Notes: generated from the letters alone by a model not told the origin. A stretch of DNA of 64,000 bases from Planctomycetota bacterium (GCA_965223265.1 OZ244999.1:8704001-8768000), one strand, 5' to 3'; positions 29,782-39,679 are shown, counted from the stretch's first letter. Translations and numbers: made by a program.

Positions 29782-30987
29782 TTGTCACTCGGAGCTGAGA
29801 TTTTGAAACCAGATCTTTCACGACGTAGATTTCTCGTCCACTCTGCGAGTGTCGCGGGCGCCTCGCTCGCCCTCAGCAGCCGCCGCGCTCAGGGCGGCGA
29901 CGCCGAGCGCACCGTTCGCCTCGGTGTCATCGGCTTGGGCGATCGTGGCCGCAACCTCCTTGCTGCGCTCCTTCGCCTCGAGGAGTCGTCAGAGACGATC
30001 ACGCCGCACGTGGCTGCGCTTTGTGACGTCCACCCGCAGCGTCTGCGGCGTGGGCTCGACATGGTCAAGCGCCGACAGTCGTCGCCGGCGTCTCGGGCAG
30101 GGTCAGGCGGCGGTGTCCGGGGTTTCACGAACTACCGGCAGTTGATCGACGCGCGAGACATTGACGCGGTCGTTGTCGCGACGCCCGTACAGCTCCACGC
30201 TGCGCACGGCACCAGCGTGCTCTACTCCGGTAAGCACCTCTATCTCGAGAAGCCACTCGCTGCCACGATCAGTGAGTGCTTGGAGCTTGAAGCTGCATGC
30301 TGCGCTGCGCAGCAACGAGGCGTGCTCTTTCAGGTTGGACTTCAGAAGCGATTCAATCCGCGCTATCAGATCAGTATCGACCATCTGCGGAAGGGGAGCA
30401 TCGGCGCACCGCTCTACGTGCGCGCTCAATGGCACGCAACCGGGAACTCTCCTAAGGACAAGCCGTGGATCTTCCAGCGCGACAAGTCGGGCGACATAGT
30501 TGTCGAACAAGGGTGCCACCAGCTCGACATCATTAACTGGGCGCTGGGTTCGACACCCGAGCGCGCGTGTGGGCTCGGTGGCATCGGTTGCTACATCGAA
30601 CAGCCGCCAGGACGAGATACCATGGACCACTACGGTCTCGTCCTTGAGTATCCCGGTGGTGTCACTGTCAATATCAGTCATCTCAGTTTCGCGGTTCCCG
30701 ATCGAAGGTTTTCCGGGATTTACGAGCTTGTTTTCGCGTCGCAAGGTGGTGTTGATTTGCAGAACGCGCACGCCTGGACTCGCGACGGGAAGTCGTATCA
30801 CCTGGAGGCCGCCCGCGGCAACGACACGGAATTGGCGCTGGCGTCGTTTCTTCATTCCATCCAGAGTGGCTCGCCACCAACAACCGGGATCGAGGTGGCG
30901 AAGTCTGCGGCGTTCACTGCGATTATGTGTCAGCGAGCGCTCACGGGTGGACGCAGTGTGTCGTGGCGGGAGGTCGACAGCGCGTGA
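29782..30987 (+). CDS. Gfo/Idh/MocA family oxidoreductase, Tat signal
   Basis: SRRRFL; GVIGLGDRG; YLEKP; QVGLQKR. Confidence 0.9.
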   Translation: MSLGAEILKPDLSRRRFLVHSASVAGASLALSSRRAQGGDAERTVRLGVIGLGDRGRNLLAALLRLEESSETITPHVAALCDVHPQRLRRGLDMVKRRQSSPASRAGSGGGVRGFTNYRQLIDARDIDAVVVATPVQLHAAHGTSVLYSGKHLYLEKPLAATISECLELEAACCAAQQRGVLFQVGLQKRFNPRYQISIDHLRKGSIGAPLYVRAQWHATGNSPKDKPWIFQRDKSGDIVVEQGCHQLDIINWALGSTPERACGLGGIGCYIEQPPGRDTMDHYGLVLEYPGGVTVNISHLSFAVPDRRFSGIYELVFASQGGVDLQNAHAWTRDGKSYHLEAARGNDTELALASFLHSIQSGSPPTTGIEVAKSAAFTAIMCQRALTGGRSVSWREVDSA

Positions 30988-32729
30988 GTTCCGCGGTTGC
31001 GAGTCGCCACCACGTTCTTGTGGCGCTCGTGTCGCTCCTTGCATTCGTCCTGCCGAGTGCGCTCTACGATCTGCAGCTTCCGGACGAACCGCGTGTCGCG
31101 CACACAAGTCTAGAAACCGCTCGCAGCGCTGGCGTCGTCGTACCGACCGTCAACGGCGAGCCGTTTCTGCAGACGCCGCCGCTCTACTACGTGACGCTGG
31201 GCCTGTGGCAGCGTACTTTTGGCGTCGAGCCTGACGGCTTGTCGCGCGGTGTGTCGAATGTCTGCGCGATCCTCACGCTTGTGGTAACGATGACGCTCGC
31301 CTGGCGCTTCTTCGGCCGCCTTGGTGCGTTCCTGTGTGGCACAGTCCTCGCGTCGACGTTTCAGTTCTGGGACCTGAGCCACCGCGTCGTCGTCGACATG
31401 ATGCTGACGCTCTTCAACACGATCGGGTTTGTCCTCGTCGTTGAGATTCTGTCTACGCACCGCCCGCGCTTGGTGCACGGTCTGTTGCTCGGCTTCGCAC
31501 TCGCCTTGTCGTTCCTGACGAAAGGGGTGCCGGGGCCGTCGTTTCTCGCTGCGACGACGGTCGCCGTCTTCATGGTCTATCGCCGCGCGTTGACCCCAGC
31601 GCGTTTGCGTGTCTTCGGCGTGGCCGTGATCGCCGCCGTCGCTGTCGTCGCGCCGTGGGTGTGGGCGCTCTACCAGGTCGACCCCAGCTACCCCCGAGAG
31701 CTGTTGCTGGCGCACGTCTTGGACCGAGCCATGCGCGGGACCTCCCACAATCCGCACAACTTCGACTTCGCGCATCGCGCGCTCCTCCATATCCTGCCGT
31801 GGACACCGTTTCTTTTAGCCGCCCTTGGGAGCCGCCTCCGCTCGGTTCGTTGGCGTAGGTTAGGTCGACGCCGTTGGTCCGAGCTTGATCAGCACCAAAG
31901 ATGCGCCACCTTGGCGTTGCTCTACGTTTTAGTGCCAGCCGCACTGCTCGCCTTGTCGCGGGCGAAGCGAGATCTCTACTTGCTGCCGTGCGTTCCGGCG
32001 GTCGCCCTTGTTGTCGCCGCTTGGCTGACGACGGTTTCGGACACCCGGTGGTTCGCCCGTCTTGGCCGTGTGTGTGGCTTCCTGTGCGCCATGCTCGTGC
32101 CTGTTGGTGCGGCGCTGATTCTGGCGACACCGAACGGCGGCGGTTCGAAGTTGGTGTTCGCCGCGCTTGGGACGCACTTCTTTCTGCTGATCCGCTACGA
32201 GCAACGTCGCCGCCGCGGGCAGCTGGCAACGAACCAGGTCTCGCCTGCATTCAGGGCGCACGACGCCACGCCAACCGATTCGTTGGCCTCGCGACCAGGA
32301 CTGACGACCACCTGTCTCTGTTTGGTGCTCACGGTGGCGATGTGGGGGACGCTGTATCGAATCGGTCGCAGCGTCAAAAGTAGTGCGGCTCCGCTGGGTC
32401 GCGTAGTGGCAGCGCTGGATGCTGGAGGCGCGGAGATTCTCGGTTATCAACTTTCTGAGCGCGAGATCGCCGCTGTGGCATGGTACCTTCGCCATCCGTT
32501 TCGAGCTTTCAGCTCCGAAGCAGAACTGCGCGAAGAGGTCGGTGCTAAGTCGCGGACACGGCGGGGTCTCGTGATCGAGGAGGGCGAACTCGAACGGCTA
32601 CGGCAATCAAAGCGCGGCTTGATCTTGTCAGCCTGGATCGAAAACCTCGCCGTGAATTTGCGTCGCCGGCGGCTGCTCGTGCTCGTGCACGAGCCAGAGG
32701 TGCCGGAGAACGTAGGAGGTGATCAGTGA
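30984..32729 (+). CDS. ArnT/PMT-like GT-C membrane glycosyltransferase
   Basis: DEPR; PTVNGEPFLQTPPLYY; LTKG; KR.LYLLP; multiple TM helices; GTGA overlap with upstream gene. Confidence 0.82.
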   Translation: MSSAVASRHHVLVALVSLLAFVLPSALYDLQLPDEPRVAHTSLETARSAGVVVPTVNGEPFLQTPPLYYVTLGLWQRTFGVEPDGLSRGVSNVCAILTLVVTMTLAWRFFGRLGAFLCGTVLASTFQFWDLSHRVVVDMMLTLFNTIGFVLVVEILSTHRPRLVHGLLLGFALALSFLTKGVPGPSFLAATTVAVFMVYRRALTPARLRVFGVAVIAAVAVVAPWVWALYQVDPSYPRELLLAHVLDRAMRGTSHNPHNFDFAHRALLHILPWTPFLLAALGSRLRSVRWRRLGRRRWSELDQHQRCATLALLYVLVPAALLALSRAKRDLYLLPCVPAVALVVAAWLTTVSDTRWFARLGRVCGFLCAMLVPVGAALILATPNGGGSKLVFAALGTHFFLLIRYEQRRRRGQLATNQVSPAFRAHDATPTDSLASRPGLTTTCLCLVLTVAMWGTLYRIGRSVKSSAAPLGRVVAALDAGGAEILGYQLSEREIAAVAWYLRHPFRAFSSEAELREEVGAKSRTRRGLVIEEGELERLRQSKRGLILSAWIENLAVNLRRRRLLVLVHEPEVPENVGGDQ

Positions 32730-33286
32730 GAATCACGAAAGTCTACACGCGGAAGGGAGACGGAGGTGAGACGCAGCTGGGAGGAGGGCAAACGGTCTCC
32801 AAGGCGGATGCTCGCATAGCGGCGTGCGGCGCAGTTGACGAGCTCAATAGCTCCATCGGAGTTGTGATCGCGGGTGGGGACGATGCAAGATCGCAGCGCA
32901 TGCTGAGCCGGGTGCAAAATGACCTCTTTCATGCTGGGTCCGAATTGTGCATGCTCGAGGAAGATCAGAGAAAGTGGGACATCCCGCGCATCAAGCAGTG
33001 TCATGTGGATGCGCTCGAGAGCGAGATCGACACTCTGCAGCAAGATCTCAAACCGCTGGAGGAGTTTGTCCTTCCCGGCGGAACGCCAACTGCCGCCCAG
33101 CTTCATGTGGCGCGTGCCGTGTGTCGGCGCGCGGAGACCTGTGTGGTTGCACTGGCACAAAGCGAGGCGGTTTCGGCGCCTCTCATTGCTTACCTCAATC
33201 GTCTTTCAGATCTCCTGTTTGTCATGGCACGCCACGACAATTGGACCAACCAGCGTGCGGACGTCCTGTGGGACAAGAAGGCGTGA
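32726..33286 (+). CDS. PduO-type cob(I)alamin adenosyltransferase
   Basis: KVYTRKGDGGET; GAVDELNS; FVLPGG; RAVCRRAE; YLNRLSD. Confidence 0.93.
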   Translation: MRITKVYTRKGDGGETQLGGGQTVSKADARIAACGAVDELNSSIGVVIAGGDDARSQRMLSRVQNDLFHAGSELCMLEEDQRKWDIPRIKQCHVDALESEIDTLQQDLKPLEEFVLPGGTPTAAQLHVARAVCRRAETCVVALAQSEAVSAPLIAYLNRLSDLLFVMARHDNWTNQRADVLWDKKA

Positions 33287-33288
33287 GT

Positions 33289-33303
33289 GTCCAATTCTTG
33301 GAC
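33289..33303. promoter_or_regulatory. Candidate enhancer (bEBP) binding palindrome
   Basis: GTCCAA-N3-TTGGAC, about 115 bp upstream of the sigma54-like motif. Confidence 0.35.
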
Positions 33304-33416
33304 GAGGTGGCGCGTTCTGCTCCGTGTCCGTGCGCGGAACGCTGCTCGCTAGCGGTGAATGCGGCGTAAATGCTGACGTCATCGACCTCGGGCTGCGGCC
33401 TCCGATCGGTGTGTGG

Positions 33417-33431
33417 TGGCATGTGGGTTGC
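33417..33431 (+). promoter_or_regulatory. Candidate sigma54 (-24/-12) promoter
   Basis: TGGCATGTGGGTTGC matches TGGCAYG-N4-TTGC with exact GG-N10-GC spacing, 116 bp before ATG 33548. Confidence 0.6.
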
Positions 33432-33547
33432 GGAATGGAGGTGGGGCTCCGTTTCTGCAGAGGAGCACGACAGTCCGGCCGGACGCCGCGTCCAAGCCTC
33501 AGTTCGGTTTGTGTCAGCGCCGGAAACCTCCACCGCAAAGAGCGATC

Positions 33548-33811
33548 ATGCCAAAAAGCGACCATGACTCTGACCGCGACGACACCGAGCAGATGGCTGG
33601 CCAAGCGCCTGCGCCTGTCGCGGAGACGACGTCGATGGTTTCGGCCGACCCATCGGTCGAGGCACGGGCTCGCAAGCGAAAGGACGTTCCGCGTCCAGTA
33701 GGTCGCGTGGAGGTTGGCGTGTTTGAGATCGACTACGATCGGGAAATGGCCTACCTCATCGACGAGGGCCGATTTGGGCCGGAGTGCCGCCCGTTGGGTT
33801 TTAAGAAGTAG
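33548..33811 (+). CDS. Small hypothetical protein (87 aa) upstream of the actin-like gene
   Basis: ATG-started ORF ending 16 bp before the next gene; acidic/disordered N-terminus and ordered-looking C-terminus. Confidence 0.6.
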   Translation: MPKSDHDSDRDDTEQMAGQAPAPVAETTSMVSADPSVEARARKRKDVPRPVGRVEVGVFEIDYDREMAYLIDEGRFGPECRPLGFKK

Positions 33812-33827
33812 GGGAAGTGTTGCGGCA

Positions 33828-34889
33828 ATGCGGCATGAAGCACTAGTGGCATCTTCTGACGGGGGAGCCCCGCGCGTTGGCGTCGATTTCGGCAGCTGCG
33901 AAACCAAGCTGGCCTTGCCGTTCGCCTCGACGGCGCCGCAGCCGCATTATCTTCATGTGCCGACGCTCATCAGCTACTCCCGGCCTGAAGCCGAGCCGAT
34001 TCAATTCTCCTGTATCGGCAATGCTGCTGTGGATCGGCGAGACCATCTCGACCTGCAGAATCCACTGACGGTCCCCGCCGCGGAGCGTGGCCGCGTGCTC
34101 AAAGACTTCGCCATGCACCTCCGCGATCTGATGCAGAAGCGGAAAGAGCCGAGCGCGTGGGGCGTTGTTGGGTGTCCGAGCGATTTGGACGGTCCGGAGG
34201 CGATGGCGCGCCGAATGCTAGCGAACGAGCTCTTCGAGCGTGTTGTTTTCGTCGACGACATGTTCCTTACCGCGCTCTCGGTGGCGTCACAGGAGGTGCG
34301 GCAACACAGCATTCTGGTGGACGTCGGCCACGCTTCGATTCGCGGGGTCTTGATGCAGGGAATCGCTCCCGACGCGGAGCATCGAGTTCATGTCGATTTC
34401 GGCTGCGATCGGCTCGTCGATGCCGTCGGAAAGGCATTGTTGCTGCGCTATCCTGAGCTTGTGTTGACGGACGTCACGCTCGAGCGCCTGAAACGGAAGC
34501 TTGCGTTCGTGCACCCGGCGCGCCGGCGGTGTAGATTGCGGCTACGCTTCCGAGGCCGAGCCAAGTTGATCGACGTCACCAGGGCGGTCGAGGAGGCGTG
34601 TGCGCGCATAGTCGGTCCGGTTCTCAAGGCGACTCGCGAGATTCTTGCGCGTTGTCCGTCCGACGACATCGAGTCGTTTCAGCGCCACATTCTCCTGGTC
34701 GGGGGCGGTGCACACATTCCTGGTCTCGCAGCCCGCGTCCAGGACGAGCTTCGTGCGGACGGCTTTGAGTGCGCACGCGTGCGGTCGGCAAAGAACGCGT
34801 CTCGCTTGGTCGCCCGCGGTGCGTTCGAGTGGGCTCAGCAGCTGCCGCCCGAGGAGTGGTCGATTCCGCTGTTCTCGTTCGCCGAGTGA
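33828..34889 (+). CDS. Divergent MamK-like bacterial actin (MreB/MamK superfamily)
   Basis: Phosphate-1 GVDFGS; phosphate-2 VDVGH; adenosine LVGGGAHIPGL; MamK-like segments HLDLQNPL, LRYPEL, DVTRAVEEAC and RGA...AQQLPPEEW. Confidence 0.8.
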   Translation: MRHEALVASSDGGAPRVGVDFGSCETKLALPFASTAPQPHYLHVPTLISYSRPEAEPIQFSCIGNAAVDRRDHLDLQNPLTVPAAERGRVLKDFAMHLRDLMQKRKEPSAWGVVGCPSDLDGPEAMARRMLANELFERVVFVDDMFLTALSVASQEVRQHSILVDVGHASIRGVLMQGIAPDAEHRVHVDFGCDRLVDAVGKALLLRYPELVLTDVTLERLKRKLAFVHPARRRCRLRLRFRGRAKLIDVTRAVEEACARIVGPVLKATREILARCPSDDIESFQRHILLVGGGAHIPGLAARVQDELRADGFECARVRSAKNASRLVARGAFEWAQQLPPEEWSIPLFSFAE

Positions 34890-35175
34890 GCACAGCCACC
34901 CTCGAGCGGATTCTGCCCATGTCTCGAGCAGGGGGGAGTCGTTTTTTGCCGACCTCTTTTGCGCGCGTTGCGGTTAAACTGCGGTTTCCGAGAGAGCCCG
35001 CCGGCTCGCGCAGAAACATTGCTTGGCGCTTCAGTCGCCACCGGTGAGTGGCCGAAGAGGACGACGGGGCGAGCTTTCTGAAGCATCCGCCGAGGGCTTG
35101 GATCTTTTTCGCCGTCAGCTACTCGATTGCAGAGCGGCCAGCGGGCTGCTGCTAAGTTAGGACCTGCCGAGACCT

Positions 35176-36006
35176 GTGACGACGCCATCCGAAGTCGGGA
35201 TTTACGATTCTCACATGCACACACCGCTGTGCCGGCATGCAGTCGGCGAGCCGAGCGAGTATGCCGCCGTTGCGTCGGAGCAGGGGTTTACCGGAATCAT
35301 CTTCACCTGCCACAACCCGACGAACGACGGTTGGTCCCCCCAGGTGCGAATGCAGCTCGAGGAGCTCGACACGTACCTTGAGATGGTTGCCGCGGCGCGA
35401 GCTGAGTGGGAAGGACGGCTCGACGTGCTCCTCGGCCTCGAGAGCGACTACTTTCCTGGCGCCGAGAGATGGCTTGAAGAGTTGCATGGCCGCGCATCGT
35501 TTCACTACGTCCTCGGGTCTGTGCATCCACACCTGCCGCAGTATCGTGAGCGCTATTACACGGGCGACGACGACGCCTTCCGCCTCACCTATTTCGAGCA
35601 CCTGGCGTTGGCGGCAGAGTCAGGGCTGTTCGATTGCCTGGCGCATCCCGACCTCGTAAAGAATGAACGGCCTGCGACATGGAATGCTACCGACCTCTTG
35701 CATCGCATCAGACCTTTTCTTGATCGCATTGCGGCGACCGGAATCGCGATGGAACTCAACACGTCGGGACTCAACAAGCGCCTGCCAGAGATGAACCCAG
35801 GGCCAGAATTGCTCCGTGAGATGCGAGAGCGCGGTATCCCGGTCGTCGTCGGTTCAGACGCGCACCACCCGCGCCGCGTCGGCGCAGACTTCGGCGCAGC
35901 GTTCGACCAGTTGGTGGCGGCTGGGTACTCGCATGTCAGTCGTTTCGTCGAGCGTGAGCGTCAGGACGTTCCGATTGGCGATCTACGCGTAGCACTGCCG
36001 TCGTGA
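35176..36006 (+). CDS. PHP-family histidinol-phosphatase (HisJ/HisK type)
   Basis: DSHMHTPLCRHAVG; GLESD; LGSVH; AHPDL; ELNTSG; GSDAH. Confidence 0.9.
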   Translation: MTTPSEVGIYDSHMHTPLCRHAVGEPSEYAAVASEQGFTGIIFTCHNPTNDGWSPQVRMQLEELDTYLEMVAAARAEWEGRLDVLLGLESDYFPGAERWLEELHGRASFHYVLGSVHPHLPQYRERYYTGDDDAFRLTYFEHLALAAESGLFDCLAHPDLVKNERPATWNATDLLHRIRPFLDRIAATGIAMELNTSGLNKRLPEMNPGPELLREMRERGIPVVVGSDAHHPRRVGADFGAAFDQLVAAGYSHVSRFVERERQDVPIGDLRVALPS

Positions 36007-36155
36007 TTCCAGGTGCGGGGCCGAGTTCTCTGTCGGGAACGCGGATCCGTCCAGCGCCGCGTTGGGCGGTTGGGACATTGGGCTGCGTTTCGGACCAGTG
36101 CGCTCGCGCCATATGAGTGTGCAAACGCACTAGTCCGACACTTCGCGTAGATTGC

Positions 36156-36602
36156 CTACGCGTGATCCGACTCGAGCTCGCGAGCCGGAAGCGTGATCTG
36201 CTGTAGGCGCCAACCGGTTGGCGACAGGCTGAACTTTCGACTGTGCGTGAGCGTCGTTTCAATCGCTTGACGCAGTCCGGCAGTCGACTTGCGTTTCGCC
36301 TCGACTTGAGCTTTGACCTTCGAGAACAGGTCGTCCTCGGACACTGCACCATCGACCCGAAGAATTGCCTCGATCGCATCCTCGAGACCGCGTGAGGTCA
36401 TTTGCTGCTGCTTGCTCGTCTTCTTCGCTGGCGAGCGCTTGGACGTGCGGCTCTTGCCCTCGAGGCCAGAGATGCCGGCTTGGATGCGGCGAATCTCCTT
36501 CTGCAGCTGCTGTTCCTCCTTCTTGAGTTCAGCCAGCCGTTCTCGGGCGCGCTGTTCTTCCGCCTTCAGCTCTGCGACGACGTTCGTGATCTTCGTATCC
36601 AC
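36156..36602 (-). CDS. Hypothetical coiled-coil protein with possible C-terminal winged helix
   Basis: GGAGG RBS before GTG; heptad-rich N-terminus; basic linker; short alpha/beta C-terminus. Confidence 0.6.
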   Translation of the reverse strand: MDTKITNVVAELKAEEQRARERLAELKKEEQQLQKEIRRIQAGISGLEGKSRTSKRSPAKKTSKQQQMTSRGLEDAIEAILRVDGAVSEDDLFSKVKAQVEAKRKSTAGLRQAIETTLTHSRKFSLSPTGWRLQQITLPARELESDHA

Positions 36603-36818
36603 TCTCGGTACCTCCTGATCGGGTGACTCAGATCGCGCGCCGCCGCCAACCGTGGCCACTGCCACGGCGGAGCGTTCACGCCTTTCCCAAGTCTTCCTGC
36701 CGGCGAGCATGGCGTCGACCGAATTGGATTATCGGAACCAATTGCGGCGCTGTCGCCGCATTCGGCGGTCGCATCGCTATGGATCGCTATCGGCGGTTGG
36801 TAGCTGAGTCGAGGCCGA

Positions 36819-37613
36819 TCAGTAGCGGGCCGTCTCCGAATCGGCGGCGAGCCCAAGTTCGTTGACTGCAGCCTTGGCACCTCGATTCAGGAAGAAGAGA
36901 TCGCTTCCGAGGGCGATAAAACGCCAGCCTTCCGCAACCCGGCGCTGAACGGCCTCGACGCTGCCGGTATGGAGTCCCGGCGCAACGCCGTGACGCTCCG
37001 CCGCCGTGCGCAGAGTCTCGAGAGCATCGCAGAACTCCTGGGAGTCGCTTTCCATCGCCGGCGTTCTTCCCATCGACTGAAGCAGATCGTTGGGGCCGAT
37101 GAAAATCGCATCGACCCCCGGCGTTGAGCAAATCTCGTCAGCGTTTTCGACGGCCTTGACATGCTCTGTCTGGACCGCGACAAAGATTTCCTCGCTGGCG
37201 CGGGCGTAGTAATCGGCAGGTGCCGCGCCGTAGTTGAGGCAGTGCAGGCTGCCGCCAACACTGCGATTGCCGTGTGGATGGTAGCGTGTCGCCGCAACTG
37301 CGTGTTCGGCTTCTTCGCGGCTGTTCACCATCGGGACGACGATTCCCTGCGCGCCGTTGTCGAGAACACGCTTGATGTGGTCGTGTGAATTGCACGGTAC
37401 TCGCGCCAGCGGGGTACAGCCGGCATCGGCGATTTGTGCAAACATGAGTGCTGCAGTTTCCCAGTTGACTGGGCTGTGTTCGATATCGACAGTTAGCCAC
37501 GGAAAACCGCTCCGCGCCATGAACCGCGCCACGATGGGGCTGCACGTGCTGAGCCATGTCCCGACCTGCGATTCGCCACGCGCGAGCGCCGCTTTCACTT
37601 GATTCGATCTCAT
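36819..37613 (-). CDS. HpcH/HpaI aldolase family protein
   Basis: VDIEH; RVLDNGAQGIVVPMV; GNRS; QTE; IFIGPNDL; AGGAG RBS. Confidence 0.92.
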   Translation of the reverse strand: MRSNQVKAALARGESQVGTWLSTCSPIVARFMARSGFPWLTVDIEHSPVNWETAALMFAQIADAGCTPLARVPCNSHDHIKRVLDNGAQGIVVPMVNSREEAEHAVAATRYHPHGNRSVGGSLHCLNYGAAPADYYARASEEIFVAVQTEHVKAVENADEICSTPGVDAIFIGPNDLLQSMGRTPAMESDSQEFCDALETLRTAAERHGVAPGLHTGSVEAVQRRVAEGWRFIALGSDLFFLNRGAKAAVNELGLAADSETARY

Positions 37614-37834
37614 AGAAGTTCTCCTGAGTGGTCCGATGACGAGCGGCGCGCGGCGGTCGAGCTTGGACCCCAACACGGCTTTCGCTCCGCCGGGCGAACT
37701 GTTCTCGCGGACACTTCGCTGCGGAGGTTCAAATTCGAGTCTAACGGAGGTGGCCGCCGGTTGACAAGGTCGCCTGGAACGATTCGATAGTGGTCGGCGT
37801 TCTGGAGAAGTGATCGACGACACGCGGAGAAGCA

Positions 37835-39454
37835 ATGGGCGACAACGACGATAGGCCAGTGGTGACGGACCGCGATGAGATGGGCACGGAGGAGAGAGAC
37901 TCCGTGCGCGGTTTTTGGTGGGCAACAGCGATCTCGCTTCTGGCGCTGTGTCTTGTGCTGACGATTTGTTCGTTCACGTTTGTCCACGGTGAGAATCATA
38001 CAGAGCGCCCGATTGTCGAGGTTGTTTTGCTGCTCGTTTTTGGTGGTGCGCTCTATTCCTTGGCTGCAGCTCGATCTCGGTCGTCGGCTCCGGCGCTTCG
38101 ATGGGTCGTTGTCATCGGAGTCGCGTGTCGAGTGATCTTGCTGGTGGGCAGCCCCATTCAAGAGGATGACATCTACCGCTACATTTGGGATGGCCAAGTC
38201 GCGAGTCTGGGAGTGTCGCCGTACGCCCACGCACCAGCAGACGTGGCTGCCGCTGCGCTAGAACTCGGGCTTGCAGAGTTTACGCTCGGCTCTCCCAGCG
38301 CGGACGAAGAGGCTGCTGGCGAGCGCCTGGGCTTCGGCCCGGACTTGGTGAGACTGGCACATGCCTCTCGGCGTGCAGCTTTAGCGCCTATTTTCTCCAA
38401 GATCAATCACCCGGAGTATCTCACCGTCTACCCGCCGGTGACCCAAGGCGTCTTTGCGCTTCATGCGGCGCTTGTTCCAGCAAATTGGGGTGTCCATGCG
38501 CATTTGGTCGCAATGAAGGCGCTCCTCACCGCGATCGACTGCGGTGTCATCATCGTTTTGATTGGCCTCTTGCGACACTGCGGTCTGGCACCCGGCCTCG
38601 TCCTCTTCTACGCCTGGTGCCCGATCGTGCTGAAGGAGATCGCCAACTCGGGTCACATGGACGCGATACCAACGCTTCTCCTCGTCGCGGCGGTGCGCTC
38701 ACTCGTCAGCGGACGTAGTTTACTAGCCGGCCTCATGCTCGGAGCAGCGATCGGCGCCAAATTCTACGCCCTGGTTTTGCTGCCGATTTTTCTATGGCGG
38801 CTCGGGTGGCGAAGTGGAGTGATCTGCGCCGCCGGCACCATGATGGTCCTCGCCGCCGTACACTTCGGCATCGGATCAGGGATCGAGGCGTACCGCGGTA
38901 CACTTGTGGCGTTCTCCCTCAATTGGGAAAACAACGACGCGGTTTTCACCGGAATCTCCGCGTTCTGGTCGAGTCTTTTCGAAACCGAGAAGAGCGTAAC
39001 GATCTCGGTGGGCTCGTTCTCGCACACCGCGACGCTGTCGCACCTCTTCTCTTTGGCGACGGCGGTCGCAGTCACCGGGGCCGTCCTCGTGTCGACACTT
39101 CACCGCCTACGTACCGCGACGTCGCGAGAGGTCGTTCGGCGTGTTTTTCTTCTGCTCGTCACTCTCGTTCTCGTCGGGCCGGTTGGATTTCCTTGGTACT
39201 TCATCTGGTGTCTCCCCTTCATCGCCTGGACGCACCTACGCAGCTGGACGCTGCTCGCGTGTGTACTGCCGCTCTACTACCTTCGGTTCTGGTTCGCATA
39301 CCACTACGAGGAAGGCCTGGCTGGATTCGAGTACGGACCTGAGTTTTTCGACTTCGTGGTCGTGCCTATTGAGTTCGGCGTGCTCTTCGCGGCACTGATC
39401 GTCGAGGCGGCGCTCGCGCGGCGTCGGCAGGCGCAGGAGACCGAGCGCGTGTGA
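37835..39454 (+). CDS. GT-C membrane glycosyltransferase (family 87-like)
   Basis: EDDIYRYIWDG; INHP...TVYPP; YAWCP...E...SGHMD; FPWY; many TM helices. Confidence 0.82.
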   Translation: MGDNDDRPVVTDRDEMGTEERDSVRGFWWATAISLLALCLVLTICSFTFVHGENHTERPIVEVVLLLVFGGALYSLAAARSRSSAPALRWVVVIGVACRVILLVGSPIQEDDIYRYIWDGQVASLGVSPYAHAPADVAAAALELGLAEFTLGSPSADEEAAGERLGFGPDLVRLAHASRRAALAPIFSKINHPEYLTVYPPVTQGVFALHAALVPANWGVHAHLVAMKALLTAIDCGVIIVLIGLLRHCGLAPGLVLFYAWCPIVLKEIANSGHMDAIPTLLLVAAVRSLVSGRSLLAGLMLGAAIGAKFYALVLLPIFLWRLGWRSGVICAAGTMMVLAAVHFGIGSGIEAYRGTLVAFSLNWENNDAVFTGISAFWSSLFETEKSVTISVGSFSHTATLSHLFSLATAVAVTGAVLVSTLHRLRTATSREVVRRVFLLLVTLVLVGPVGFPWYFIWCLPFIAWTHLRSWTLLACVLPLYYLRFWFAYHYEEGLAGFEYGPEFFDFVVVPIEFGVLFAALIVEAALARRRQAQETERV

Positions 39455-39499
39455 GTGAGGGGCGTTCTTGAAGTGGCGGGCGCGCGTTTTGTTGCCGTC

Positions 39500-39571
39500 T
39501 GTTTGTGTGGGCTATTGCGATTGCGTGTGCGTGGGGGTTTGCGTGGGCGTGAGCGTCAGCGTGTGCGTGGC
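39500..39571. repeat. Degenerate hexamer tract (GCGTGT-like)
   Basis: gcgattgcgtgtgcgtgggggtttgcgtgggcgtgagcgtcagcgtgtgcgtgg lies between convergent genes and is the reverse-strand relative of (CACACG)n. Confidence 0.6.
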
Positions 39572-39679
39572 AGTATTTTGCTTCTGCCTCTCCGCCGTGC
39601 TCGAACCTCTCAAGAGTGCCCCCGCTGCGCTCGGCGCTTCGCGCTCTGCGTGAGTGTGTGGAGACGTCCCAGTCGAGTC

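Noticed and set aside
33828-34889. Magnetosome gene cluster
   Set aside because: Only a MamK-like actin is present. No mamA/B/E/M/O/P/Q-like genes are in the window, and the TPR protein at the start is a large regulator rather than MamA.
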